Numbered from the stretch's first letter, positions 14,888 through 30,745 are shown. The stretch is 64,000 nt of DNA from the human T2T-CHM13v2.0 reference genome, Homo sapiens (GCF_009914755.1 NC_060936.1), one strand, 5' to 3'. Notes: generated by a model from the sequence alone, not told the origin. A program made the numbers and translations.

Positions 14888-15632
14888 TGTATTAGTTCGT
14901 TCTCATGCTGCTATAAAGACATACTTGAGACTGGGTAATTTATAAAGAAAATAGTTTTAATTGGCTCATGTTTCTGCGGGCTGTACAGGCTTCTGCTTCT
15001 GGAGTAGCCTCAGGAAACTTACAGTCATAGCAGAAGGTGAAGGGGAAGCAGGCACATTTACATGGCCGGCAGGAGAGAGAGAGCCAGCAAAGGGGGAGGT
15101 GCCACACACTTTCAAACAACCAGATCTTGTGAGAACTCTGTCACAAGACAGCACTAGGGGGATGGTGCTAAACCATGACAAACCACCGTCATGATCCAGT
15201 CACTTCCCACCAGGCCCCACCTCCAACACTGGGGATCACAGTTCAACATGAGATTTGGGTGGGGACAAACCACCGTCATGACCCAGTCACTTCCCACCAG
15301 GCCCTACCTCCAACACTGGGGATCACAGTTCAACATGAGATTTGGGTGGGGACAAACCACCGTCATGACCCAGTCACTTCCCACCAGGCCCCACCTCCAA
15401 CACTGGGGATCACAATTCAACATGAGATTTGGGTGGGGACAAACCACCGTCATGATCCAGTCACTTCCCACCAGGCCCCACCTCCAACACTGGGGATCAC
15501 AATTCAACATGAGAGTTGGGTGGGGACAAACCACCGTCATGATCCAGTCACTTCCCACCAGGCCCCACCTCCAACACTGGGGATCACAGTTCAACATGAG
15601 ATTTGGGTGGGGACATAGAGCCAAACCATGTC
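14888..15632 (-). mobile_element. MST/THE1-type MaLR solo LTR (MSTA-like) with internal tandem amplification
   Basis: Termini tgtattagttcgttctcatgctgctataaag and ccaaaccatgtca. Confidence 0.9.
15177..15615. repeat. 87-bp minisatellite, 5 copies
   Basis: Units start at 15177, 15264, 15351, 15438 and 15525; 4 variable positions. Confidence 0.98.
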
Positions 15633-15787
15633 ACTCATCTGGAACTATTAGCTCTTGGCTTTTACATCATGATTAAACTTTAATTTTGTGGACTACCAAG
15701 ACAACCTAGTGTGTATTTATAGTATTGTTTTTAAGGGAGTTATATTTTGATTTATAAACAACTGACTTTGTTAAAAAAAAAATGTTA

Positions 15788-16226
<439 letters not shown>

Positions 16227-16843
16227 GGAACACAAAGAATGAATGAGGTCATTTTCCTATCATGCCAGTAGTGATTTTTAATCTGGGAGTGTTATTTGCA
16301 CATGTGTATGTGTAAGAGAAAGAGAACTTTTCTGATGGCATTTGGGAAAATAGCTGCCAGGCTTCAACTTAATGCCTAAAGATTATTGCCTTTTGAGTTT
16401 TTAAATTTTCTTTTAAAGATTTCACAACTAGTTTCTAAAATTTTTATACAATGAAAATGGAGGTTTTTATTTTTCATAAATCTTCTAAAATGTGTTGGCA
16501 AACTTGAACTAGTTTATAGGATGATATTACCAATTTTTGGCTTGATAGCAGTCAAATTTTGAAGATGAATGCTTTTTTTCTTATCTGTCTTTTCTTATTC
16601 TTTTCTCTTTGACTGAAAGTTTTGTTCCCTTTATTTGTTTGTGGGAATCTGACCTATTTTAAATGTTACTTTTTTTGAAAAAGAAAACTTTACTGACCTC
16701 CTTTCGCTAGTAATCTCTCTTTCCTTTACTTGTGCTTTTCCAGTAGTAACTATCACATTCTGTCCTGTGACTGTACATTAGAGAGACCAATGTATATATG
16801 TTATAAAAGAGAAGTAGCACTCTTTTCTCATTCTGCTATCTAA

Positions 16844-17157
<314 letters not shown>

Positions 17158-17479
17158 CACATTTCCTTTTCTTACCATTGCCCATAATATTCAGACCCTT
17201 TAGGAGTTAAAAAGAGAGATTCAGTAGTCTCCCATACCTTGATATTATATTGAAAATATTTTTATATTTCTTTTATATGTACATAGTATGTTTACACATG
17301 TACATGTTTATATATGCATACATATATATTTGCACGTTTTTCCTTCTGTAAAAATGTAAGTACATTCATCTGCCTATATTCTTATACAATTTAATATAAT
17401 TCAGTTGAATTACTTTTAGATTTGTAGATTAAACAAAAGTGTAGATAACTTTCCCTTTCTCCTTTTTGTCACAATGAAA

Positions 17480-17650
17480 TGCCATTTCTGACCTTGTTTT
17501 TGTATTTTAACATCTCTGAAATTGGGATACACGTACAAGTAAATGGCATGGTATAATCTAATTGGTATAACTTTTTTTCTTTCTCAGTAATATAAAATAC
17601 TTTTTACTATGATGTGTCTTCTATCCTTGGTGAATTGATGTTAAGAATGC
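17480..17650 (+). mobile_element. MER104-like TcMar-Tc2 MITE relic
   Basis: ttttaacatctctgaaattgggat...atggcatg...taattgg...tttttctttct matches the recalled MER104 consensus. Confidence 0.6.
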
Positions 17651-18675
17651 ATTCAAAGAGTGAATAAAATTGTTTTGTTGAATGTGGGAGTAGGAGAAAG
17701 TAGTATTTCTAAATTAATATTATTTTGTCATATATTTCATTTTAAATGTACGTGTAGTAACCAAGTGAATGTATTTACTAGTATAAATTGTAAATTAGAT
17801 ATTTGACGGGTTTACCTATATGCTGAGTTTGTTTATTTAGGTTGACCAAAAACGGTTTCTTTTGGACCATCTCCTTGGCAAAATGGGCTTTATGATATTA
17901 CTTTATGTTAGTATCCCATTATATTCAGGCATCTGTTGCATAGTGTAACCCGGAAATGTAAACCTAGGTATTTAGTCTTTATTCTGGTAAATATTTTTCC
18001 TTAAATTTTGAATTGATAGTCATTTACTGTGTCTTCAAAGATCTACCATATAGAAATTAAGCCGTATGCAAGATTGACATAAACTGCTATATAATTCATG
18101 AGGAAAGTGTCTCTTTAGAGAAAAATATTCTTACTTTTAAATTTATGGATATGCATCTTCAATCCATGAAGTATAGTGTCAGAGAATATGCTCTTAATGT
18201 GGTTAGAGTGGAAGAGAGATGACTGGGGCTGCGGATGGTGGCTCAGAGTAATTATATAATATGTGTTCTTGCTTGAGGGAGAATGGTCTGTGTTTAAAAA
18301 ATGAAAAAACTGAAAAGGAAAAGAAAGATACCAGCATATTACAACTGAAGATGACTGGTTCTTTATCTGATCCTGCTTGCTTCAGCTTGCTTTCTGGGGA
18401 AGCTGCTTGTTTCTTTCTTCTTCCTCCTTGATGAATATCATAGACTTCCTTTAAAAGGAGAGTAAGTTACAAAGCTTTTTGTAGTCAGTTCTGTTAGGTT
18501 ATCTTCCCAAAGTTTCCTGTGGGCACAGCACCTTATAGTTTGTTACTGTGGTCTTACAGGAATCTGTGTTTAATGGCTACTGTAGTGTTTCACCTAAAAG
18601 TATAAAGATTAGGATTACATATAATTCGATGTACAGATTTTTTCTCCTGAAGTTATTTCCCAAGAGTTACAGTTT

Positions 18676-19099
<424 letters not shown>

Positions 19100-19306
19100 T
19101 TATGTAAAAACTTGCATACAAAGAAGACTCAGTTAATGTCCTTGTTCATCTAAAATTATTTTGACTTCCTGTGTCACAACCAATGAGATAGAAGGATCAT
19201 TGGGAACAATCATTTAGAGATCGGCTTCTTTCTGCCTTTGAACATTGTCTGCATTTTACACAGCGTTATAGATGCTAAACGTTCATGGAGTTTTATAGAC
19301 TCCTAA

Positions 19307-19661
<355 letters not shown>

Positions 19662-20800
19662 GCTACATTCTTATTCTGTATCTGCCACTCAGGCACCATG
19701 TGATTGCCAGCAAGTCGTTTTGTTTCTGTTTTTCATCTCTTCATGTTACAAGGTAACAAATCTTGTCCTTCTTATCTGTTTTTATTCTCACAATGACTTT
19801 TTAAAACTTGTAAGTACTGAATTATACTTTTGCAAGACATCACTAAGTCTTAGAAAACATTAAAGTATAAATGGAAATGGTGCTTGCATTCAAGAAATAG
19901 ATATTTTGTTTCAGATTCTTAAGGTACAATTTAGACCATGAAGCTAATCCAGATGATACTGGTCGTTAGAAGCCCTAACTATTTGGAGGATCATACTAAT
20001 TACAGTGAAACTGATTACTTTTTGAAAAGAGAAAAACTGCTTGTTGTTGTAAAAGACAGTAATGAACTGTAAGGGCTACATGCTGTGCAGGAATATTAAG
20101 CATGACTGCTTTATATCTCCTACTGCTAAGCAGCATTGGAACTGAATTGATGTAAACAAGCCTGTGTATTCTTGTTCATTATTGCTTTTAGATTGCACCA
20201 TTTGAGGATTGTGGTAGATTTGGAGTGAGAAGTACTAGTTGTTATTAGGAGAAAATTATGTTTTAACATTTGAGAAAATTATTTCAAGTACATTAAAGTT
20301 CTGTATTCTACAGAAGCTGTGTTTTTCTGCTTTTGCTTTTAGATAACTTGGATTCTCTTAATGGAATGGGGTGGTTAAGGCGTAGTTAGTTATAAGGTGG
20401 GTGTCTATAAAACTAAGCAGACTAAAATTGTGCAGTTACTTAAAGCCAACTCTGACTACTTAAATGAGAATGAGATGGCTAACCTTCTCTATTTTTCTTA
20501 GTGTTTAAGAAATTGTTTTTTTTTTCCTGCCCCAGGAAATGGTAAATTTTAGACAACTTTTTTTTTTTTGAGAAACTTTCATTAAAATACAATGGTGTAA
20601 TCTAATAAGAAAGTAAATTTGTTGAGAGTTGAAAATCTGAAATAATTCTTTTTTAGTGACTGTATAGAATTTGTGACTCCTTCCCTTCTCTAATCCTGCA
20701 TTTTATGATGTCCATGAATAATATTTCTGAATATTGTCCTTATTAATTCTTTCTAACTTTCTTTTTCACATTTTCTTCCTGGATTTCCTGTTTCCTTCAG

Positions 20801-20812
20801 TCTCACCTCAAG
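20801..20812 (+). CDS. ERC1: ERC1 12-nt microexon TCTCACCTCAAG (ELE-SLTS-RQVKDQ)
   Basis: Branch-like ttCTAAC at 20751-20757, a ~40-nt pyrimidine tract, tttccttcag|exon|gtcagt, symmetric phase 2. Matches the SLTS insert I recall from rodent ELKS1 and the similar SLTL in ERC2. Confidence 0.9.
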
Positions 20813-21334
20813 GTCAGTATGCTTGCACTAAAACAAAGATGATGTGATTGAGCGTTGTTTGCGAATATTGTCTTGAATTCTTACAGGGAACTGAACATAT
20901 TTCAGGAGAGGGATATCTAGAAATCTAGCTGTGAGGATAAAATGTCAAGGGTATTGGGTTTATCAGAAGAGTGTGTTCAGATTTTTGTGCTTTGAAAAGG
21001 TAGTGTGAGTAGTCAGAGAGCAAGAACCAGATGGCCAGGTTTTGACTGAGAGAGAAGTGGAGATGAAAAGAGCATTACGAGGAAAGAGGAGGGGAAAAAG
21101 AATTGTGTTAATGTAATTGAACATTCAGTGGAGACATTCTGGCTATTAAACGGGGTAAAGTGCCGCAAAAATGATGGAGGGAAAGTCACAACTGCCTATA
21201 GCTTTATAGAAGAAACCTTGAATTATTTACTGAGACGAACTTTCAGACACACACACACCCACATCCTTTAAATTTTGGTTTCATTTTGTGACTCTGCTGG
21301 GTGGTAGAACTAGTGATAACAAAAACAGCAACGA

Positions 21335-21510
21335 TTACTGCTATTTATATGTGCCAGAGGCACTGTAGCGGAACATATTTTGTTTCAGTTGATCTTAGCA
21401 ACTATGAAGAGAGATTTATTATTTTGATTTTTTAGTTGAAAAAGCACAAGTGCAGAGACCATTAAGTAACTTGCCCATCTTCATTAGTAAGTAAATAGTG
21501 AGAGAAGCGG
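21335..21510 (-). mobile_element. MIR
   Basis: tatgtgccag...ttaagtaacttgccca. Confidence 0.65.
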
Positions 21511-21659
21511 CACAAAACAAAAATCTGCATTTAAAAAGTTACTTATTTTGCATATGAGCCATGACAATATAAAGTGTGAGGATTTCTGATAGGATTCAGA
21601 AATGAGCCTGTTAATATCATATGTGTTTTACCTAGCAGCTGCCTAATAATAATAGCGAT

Positions 21660-21697
21660 TATATATATGTGTGTGTGTGTATATATATATATATATC

Positions 21698-21729
<32 letters not shown>

Positions 21730-21738
21730 GATATATAT
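21660..21738. repeat. Compound (TA)n/(TG)n microsatellite
   Basis: Directly visible. Confidence 0.95.
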
Positions 21739-23180
21739 TTGCTGTTTATAAAAGCACCTCTTTGACTCAACAGCTAGCATATGGGTTACACTGGGATAAG
21801 TGTTAAAAGAGTTAGCCCGCCAAAAAAGAAAATAAATTGAAAAAAATTTATGCCCCCTGCCCATTTTGAGTAAGCTGTATTCATTACAGAAGGAATCTTA
21901 AAGTGTTTGTAATAAAAATAGCAAACACAAATACTGCATTTAAAAAATAGATTTTCCCGTTTCTAATCTAAACATTTTCTCCACATATTGTAGTAGAACA
22001 GTATGGGTACCACTTAAGTAATTCCAATTAGGTGGCAAAATCTGAAAGCAGTTGAGTTTTAGTATAAAAATTTCATGAAGTGTTTTGCCTTGTGTTTAGA
22101 GAACTTTCATCTCTAACTTAAGCTTCAAGCTGACTCATTTTAGTGGGAAGTTTTATCATTTGTCCCATAGTTAGTCCTTTGCACGACTGGTTTTGCTCTC
22201 AGTCTCTCTAAATGAAACCCTGGGAAAAGCTTCAGAAGAATTTGACCGTGAAGCCATTGGTATATACATAATTCACTGAGTTACAGGTTATATTAATTGT
22301 AATATTGTTAGCTGGTTTATTTTAGTTAACTTTTACCCAGCAGCAAATGCCATTAAATCATACTTATTTCTAAATAAGTTTATTTTCCAAGGAATACAAA
22401 ATAAAATAGTCATTGTTTTTTCAGTGGCAAAGATCATCTTAGCTGTAGTATGCAAAAGTTTAAAGTCTCTCTTCATTCCAGATTATGATTTAGTGCAGTA
22501 TTTTTTTTCTAGATAGAAACATTTTACCATTTTAATTGTGGTTTTGCCAAGTCCAGTTGAATAGGTCATAAAGAGAGTATAATTTATTACTGCTTTGATA
22601 CTGGATTGTTTGGGTGACTTCATTATATGACCTTGGGCAAGATACTTAACCTTTCCATGTTTATTTTAACCACTTGTTTTGTGTTAATAGTGATGCTTAG
22701 CTGTAGTATTTGTATTTTAGTGTCTCCACTAAACATTTCTATTTTGCAGAGGTTTATTTTTATTCCTCTCTTCTCCCTTGTCTTCTTCCCCTGCCCTGCT
22801 CTCCTCTGTCTTCCTTTGCATTCAGTACAGAGTAGTGAGATTTTATTTAGAGTGATACTGACTGAAGACTCACATTTTCTATCTTCAGACATACACATCT
22901 TTTTATTTCCTGTTCAATGACATTAGCACCAGAGAGTGAATACAAAGAAATTATTCCATGTATAGATGAAAATATATGATTTGGTTCAGAATTCTTCTTT
23001 TGGCTAACGGTCATTCAGAGATGAGAGCTATAAATGTCATCTCTATTCTCATTAACACTTAGGTCTAAAATTGAGCTCAATATTATTAATATCTATGTTT
23101 TAATTATCAGTTACCACTGTAGACTTGTTTTTAAAACAAATGTTTAGAATATGTGTGATAGTTCCTAACAACTTCATTAA

Positions 23181-23311
23181 CCCATTTATACCAGAGGTTG
23201 CACATTTTTTGTGTGTGAAGAATCAGAGCTTCGTGATGACCTTGAGCAGTAGGATATAAATAACTACCACAAGCTTAGCATTCCAGTAATAGAACACTAG
23301 GCATAAAAGGG
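23181..23311 (-). mobile_element. MER85 (PGBD3-derived piggyBac MITE), complete
   Basis: TTAA TSDs at 23177-23180 and 23312-23315; TIRs cccatttatacc and ggcataaaaggg; internal gatgaccttgagcagtaggatataaataact matches MER85. Confidence 0.93.
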
Positions 23312-24153
23312 TTAAGACCAGAGTCCCTATGTTGTTAAAAGTTAAAATACTTTTATACTTTGCCCCCCAAAAAATCCCATTGTTATAGTCTCTTTTATAT
23401 AGTTTGATGGAAACATTTCACATTAATTTCTAAAATCTAATTCAAATAGTTATTTCTCTGATTACACACTTTAAAAAGATTTTTTACATTATTGTCTGAT
23501 TTCATTAAGAAAAGGCACTATACTAGTTGCTAAAACCTCATCATAAGATATATCACTCACAAAAATAGATGTAATTGTATTTTTGAAAGGGTTAGTTTCT
23601 TATTTTTTTAGCTAAAGCTTTTTTTTATAGGCCCTAGAAAATTTCTGACCCCATAAAATCTATTTACAAGGAGTTTGACTTATGGGCAAGAGTTTATAAC
23701 CCAGGAGAATGATCGTTATTATTTGCATTTTTAGCTTCCACTTTTCATTCCTTTCGCTTTTTTAAGCAACTCTATTGTTCAAGAGCGTATTTCTTATTAT
23801 TTTTCTTTCAAATAATAGTGCCTAGTGTTTTTGTAATAGTCTGCACAAGCAAGTGTAACATCTTCTCTGTTAAATAACATCTGCTGGTGTAGTAGTGTAC
23901 TCTTTTGAATAACTCATTGGTGGGAAAAAAAATACGTGAATGCAGACTTGTGCTGATCTTCCTAACTCTTCTACTGAAAATGATAGTTTTATGCTATCAT
24001 GCATTGATAAATGGTAAATGTTTTTTTAGATAGCAATTGTAGATCACCACGGTTGTAGATCACCACAAATTCTGTAAATCAGCTGAAGATGGCAAATTCA
24101 ACAGAGAAGGGAAGAAAGAATAATTTTAAAGTTGGCCAAAATTTGAGTTTTTA

Positions 24154-24271
24154 TAGAGTTGCCAGATTTAGCAAATAAAAATATGGATGCCCAGTTAAAT
24201 TTCATATAAACCACAAATCATCTTTTAGTATGTCTTATAATAACTATTGGGCCATACTTACTCTGGCACCC
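24154..24271. mobile_element. MER53 (hAT MITE), internally deleted
   Basis: tagagttgccagatttagcaaataaaaatatggatgcccagttaaattt...ctggcaccc. Confidence 0.8.
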
Positions 24272-24339
24272 ACCCCCCCATCTCAGTAAAACGACAGAAA
24301 CACGTCTGATTTCTGATTACAGTTTGACACTGTTAAAAA

Positions 24340-24530
24340 TGCTATCACCTTCTTTATCTCACTTCACCTCATAACAACTATATGAATTGGATGACATTTT
24401 CCCGTTTCACAGATCAGAAAATTGACTTTACAGAGATGAGATGATTTACTTCGGGTCATAGCTACTAAGTGGCAGAATCTAGGGTACAAATCTAGTTTGT
24501 CTCATTTCAAGTTTACTTCACACTTTCCTT
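24340..24530 (-). mobile_element. MIR
   Basis: cctcataacaactatatga...ggtcatagctactaagtggcagaa. Confidence 0.7.
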
Positions 24531-24540
24531 TCCTCTGTAT

Positions 24541-24765
24541 CAAGCTTGTCCAACCCATGGCCCACAGCCCATGGCCTGCATGCAGCTCAGGTCAGCTTTG
24601 AATATGGCCCAACACAAATTTGTAAACTTACTTAAAACATTATCAGCTTTTTTTCATGTTTTTAAGCTCATCAACTATTATTAGTGTTAGTGTATTTTAT
24701 GTGTAGGCCGATAATTCTTACTCTTCCAGTGTGGCCCAGGGAAGTAAAAAGATTAGACACCCCTG
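24541..24765 (-). mobile_element. MER30 (hAT-Charlie), complete
   Basis: Termini caagcttgtccaacc and tagacacccctg; 8-bp TSD ctctgtat/ctctatat. Confidence 0.9.
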
Positions 24766-25084
24766 CTCTATATCTTGTTCTGTTATGTGTTTGTGACATC
24801 TAGAGATGACATGCAGGTTGTAATACCTTTTTAAATTTATGCTTTTTAGATCCTTGGAGCATGGGGGTGAAGGGTTGGATTACTTGTATTATTTGGTTTG
24901 CACAGTGTCCAGAGAAGCAGAATGTGTGGTCTTGGAGTGGAAACTGCATGCAGCTCTATCTCTTATTTGGCAGCTGTTGGCGTGTTCCAGTTGTGTCTTC
25001 TTTTGATTATACTAAGCCTGTCTTGTATGGGAAATTGATTAATTCTGAATAAAATAATGATATTGCAATCAGCAATTAAATTGT

Positions 25085-25564
<480 letters not shown>

Positions 25565-25917
25565 TAAAGCAGTCTCATGATGGCTTTATTTGCAAGGGGG
25601 CTATTGGTATGTATTGTTCCCTATGATTATCAATACATTTGGAATTCACATAGTTAAACAAACTTATGGTTTCATGTAGCAATGTTTGGGATTTCTTCAT
25701 AGCATTTTTTTTTTTTTTGCTCTAATTCTTAGGTGAGATTGGCTAGTCTGTCACCATTTGTAGCCTGTTGTATGAGATGTTCCTATAGTATGGACTAGTT
25801 CATTCATTTGTGTTGTCCTATTTATCAACATTTTCTGCCTTGCTCAAGAAATGCTCTATAACGCAACTTGTATTTCAGATATTGGGTAATTTGATTATTT
25901 TATAAGATCCTTTAGAA

Positions 25918-26079
25918 CAGTGCTTCTCAAACTTAAGTGTCATACAAATTGGATGGGAGCTTGTTAAAATAGAGTTCTTATTTGATGGATTTGGTTGGGG
26001 CCTGAATTTTTCTACCTTTCGAAAAGCTCCCAGTTGGTACTGATACTGTTGGTCTGTTGAGCGTGCTTTGACTCACAAG
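25918..26079. mobile_element. MER5-family hAT MITE
   Basis: cagtgcttctcaaactt...cttgttaaaat...ggggcctga...aagctcccag. Confidence 0.7.
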
Positions 26080-27013
26080 ATTTTAGTGAGTTAACGTTTT
26101 TCAAATAGATTTTTCTCCTTTTTTAAAAAATTCACAAACATTTAACAATATCTCTGTTGATTTATTTATACTAGCTCATATTTGAACTTGTTATAAAAAT
26201 CGACCTTTCCTTGGGTTTAGGATATCAAGGTGACCGTTTTGCCTTTGTTAAAGGACGTCTGAGGTTTTCTATTGGCATGGGTACAAGAGTCAGGTTAAGA
26301 TTTCAGGATGTTAGAGCAAAAGCACTGTTTTCACTGGCACCTGTTGCCTTGTTGCTTTAAATGTATAAAAGCATATTGAACAGTGGAACAAAGTGACAAG
26401 AAATTTAGGGTGAGGCAACTGGAGAAAAGAGTCACAAACTTCAGAACTATTGAGTTGGCTTCTTGGGTATGGCTTATGCTTTCACAGAAACCTTCCTTCC
26501 AACCTCTAGTTTCTGTTGTCCATGTATGTGGCTTTGAGGTCTCAGAATTTGAGATTGTGCTTTGGGAGAAACAGACAAGGAAATCAGTGGCCTTCACTGG
26601 CAGCTGGCAGACCTGTAAGTGATGTGGTTTAATTGTGTGTACGTCAGGATTGCTCTGTCTTTAAGACGGTCTTTTTAAGCTGCAGTGTTTATCCACTGTT
26701 GGCATTTTCTTTGTTGGTGAAGTTGTATTCTTTTGTTTTAATCTTCCAGCTCTTGTCTGGGTTGTCAAATGTTTGAGCATGATAGCAAAGATCTCAAAAC
26801 TAGTTCTTTTTGCAAGCAGATCTCATCTTTAAGGTGTAGTGTAATGGGATTCAGAAACTTGACTCCTGTCATAGGCAGGAGGGAAATGTGTGTTTAATTT
26901 TTCTTTACTTCGCTTTCCTTCATTAATATGGGATTGTTATTATTATTTTCTGGTGTGTTTGGGATAGTTGCTGTCAATGGCTACAAAAGACAGTTTTAAG
27001 ATTCTTTAGCTAG

Positions 27014-27299
<286 letters not shown>

Positions 27300-27446
27300 T
27301 GTAGCTAGCTGTTTGGCCTAGGTATTACAAATTTCAATGTTTGTTATTGTAAGTTTCTATATTCAAAAATCACTTAAGTATGTTACACAACTATTTTGAA
27401 ACTGTTAGTGAAAAATAATCCCCTTCAAATGCAATCTTTTAAATTG

Positions 27447-27747
<301 letters not shown>

Positions 27748-27837
27748 TAAGTTGAGATGTTAAAAGGAAAGTACTTTGCAGATGACTTTCCAAGAAAACT
27801 AGAAGGAACAATTGGCTTGGGGAAGTGATCATAATGA

Positions 27838-28169
<332 letters not shown>

Positions 28170-28399
28170 ATAATCAGTTCTATACAATGTGTTGTGAGAG
28201 GAAAATTCACCACAGGCTCTTTACCTTATTTAAGGAGGTCAATTAAATATAAACCATAGTAGCTTGCTTATTGTCATTATTAGTTTATTGATGCAACAGT
28301 AGAGTAAGTTGATTCTTTCCTACATTACTGCAAAAGCTATCTAATGCTTCCTCCTGTCCACTCTCATTATGTTTCCCTTTCAGCTTGTTCCAAATTTTG

Positions 28400-28830
28400 G
28401 GAAATCTGATTATATCACTTCCTTATATAAGTCCTATATACTTTGGGTAAGCTACGCATTCCTTGCTTAGCATATAATTGTTTGGCTTTGCTTACCTTTA
28501 GCTTTCTTTTTCTCTACTCTCTCCTCCAACTTTAAGCTATAGTCATTCTGAACCATGAGGTTTTCCCCAAGATAACACATTCTCCTTTTCCTCAGGTTTT
28601 TGTTCGTAGTTCTTCTCTGCCTAGTACTGGATCACCTGCCTAGTAACTTGGACTTAATCCCTTAGGAAAGTTCAGATACTGTTTTTCCAGGAAGCCTTTC
28701 CTGATCATCACCACCACCTCCACCTCCAGACTAGCTTAGGGCTCTTTCCTGTCCACTCTAATAGCACTTGTTATATACTGTATTTCCTTAGATGCCTGGG
28801 AAGTATTTGAGAGCACGAACAATTTTTATT
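28400..28830 (+). mobile_element. L2 fragment
   Basis: aatctgattatatcacttcc...ccaggaagcctttcctgat. Confidence 0.6.
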
Positions 28831-28838
28831 CATGAAAT

Positions 28839-29175
28839 TGTTGCAGGAATTTTTCTTAGTTCAGCTAAAGACGGGGTCCTTGTCACACAGCCACGAAAAT
28901 TTAGGCTTGTGTACGATTCGAACGTTGAGTAGGACAGGGTTTTATTGGGTGAAAAGGAAAAGGGGGAAACAGGGCCTCTCTGCAGGCCAGATTCCTTGCT
29001 AGAGTGCTTCCTGCCTTGCAGATTGACTCCCAGGTTACACCCGTGAAAAGGAGGGGCCAGGCTCCTCCCTGCTGCACAAGGTGCAGATTTCTGTAGCTCC
29101 ATCCCAGTGTGCTCTCCTCCCAGGGCACCGCTGGCTGGAGTTTCTCTGGGGACCCCTTCCTACCTGGCTTTCTCA
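28839..29175 (-). mobile_element. MER61-like ERV1 solo LTR (337 bp)
   Basis: TG...CA termini, 4-bp TSD AAAT, AATAAA on the - strand at 28941-28946, similarity to the recalled MER61 consensus. Confidence 0.8.
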
Positions 29176-29754
29176 AAATTGTATCCTCAGTGTTTGATAT
29201 ATAATGGTAGTATTTAATGAAATATTTGTCTATTTAATGAGTAGTGAATATGTAAAAAACTTAGCAGGCTGTCAAAGCTTAGATAAATGTGATCCTCTTA
29301 CATCCCAGAGCCTATTTTCTCCTGGGCAATGCCTAAAGCTTATTTTTTAGTTGTCTAGTAATCCCGATTCTGCCCTTTGTGAGGTTAGTCTTCTTCACCT
29401 TTACCTGTAACCTAGCATTTAGTCTAGTTTTCTGACCTACCGGTATTTTTTTTCTAGATGTAAAATTATTTCCTGACTCTTTCTGCCTAAATCTTTTGGC
29501 TTCCATTTTGACTATTCACATAAAGAGGGAAAAACCCCATAGTGTCTTACATTTATTTAGTACCTAGTAGCTTAAAGTGCACTTTCACATTCACCATCTA
29601 ATGTGAGTGAAGAGACAGATTCTGTGGAAGAACTAAACTCATCTGGTCATACTCATCATTTCAAGTGGGAAGAAAGTGGTAGCTTTGAAAAGGAAGAGTG
29701 CGTAGAAATACTGTTGTAGAGTCGAAACTTGCTTTCAGAGGAGTTGAGTTTTAA

Positions 29755-30430
<676 letters not shown>

Positions 30431-30514
30431 TTATGTACTATGTACACCATCTTCATTTCATATTTGGTATCAGAGATCTCCCAGGTAAACAGTATTTGCT
30501 TATAATTTCTATAG

Positions 30515-30745
30515 TAGAGAGGTTAAAAGTATCGTAGTTACAGTCAGACAGACCTGAGTTTGAGTACTAGTTCTAGGATGTTTAAAACTGATTTTGGGTA
30601 ATGATTTAATTTTATTGAAGGTTTGCTCTTTTCATTTTTAGTGTGGAGTTAATAAAACCTCATAAAACATTTTGAATAAGATGATAAATATGCTGTGATA
30701 AACATTAAGGTCCTTGGTATATAATAAGTACTTGTAAGGGTTATT
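30515..30745 (+). mobile_element. MIR
   Basis: agtcagacagacctgagtttgagtactagttct. Confidence 0.7.

Noticed and set aside
15205-15230. PRDM9 13-mer in the 87-bp unit
   Set aside because: The best match CCACCAGGCCCCA misses two fixed positions of CCNCCNTNNCCNC.
15175-15676. Repetitive 147-161 aa ORFs and a CRISPR-like appearance
   Set aside because: Head-to-tail 87-bp LTR-derived units with no unique spacers and no cas genes; the ORFs follow from the unit being a multiple of 3.
20838-20895. C/D-box snoRNA-like motifs (ATGATG...CTGA) after the microexon
   Set aside because: Imperfect C box, no terminal stem, too short, and no recognisable guide.
26383-26622. ORF with a GTAAGT donor at 26615
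   Set aside because: No convincing acceptor or pyrimidine tract upstream, and no protein similarity.
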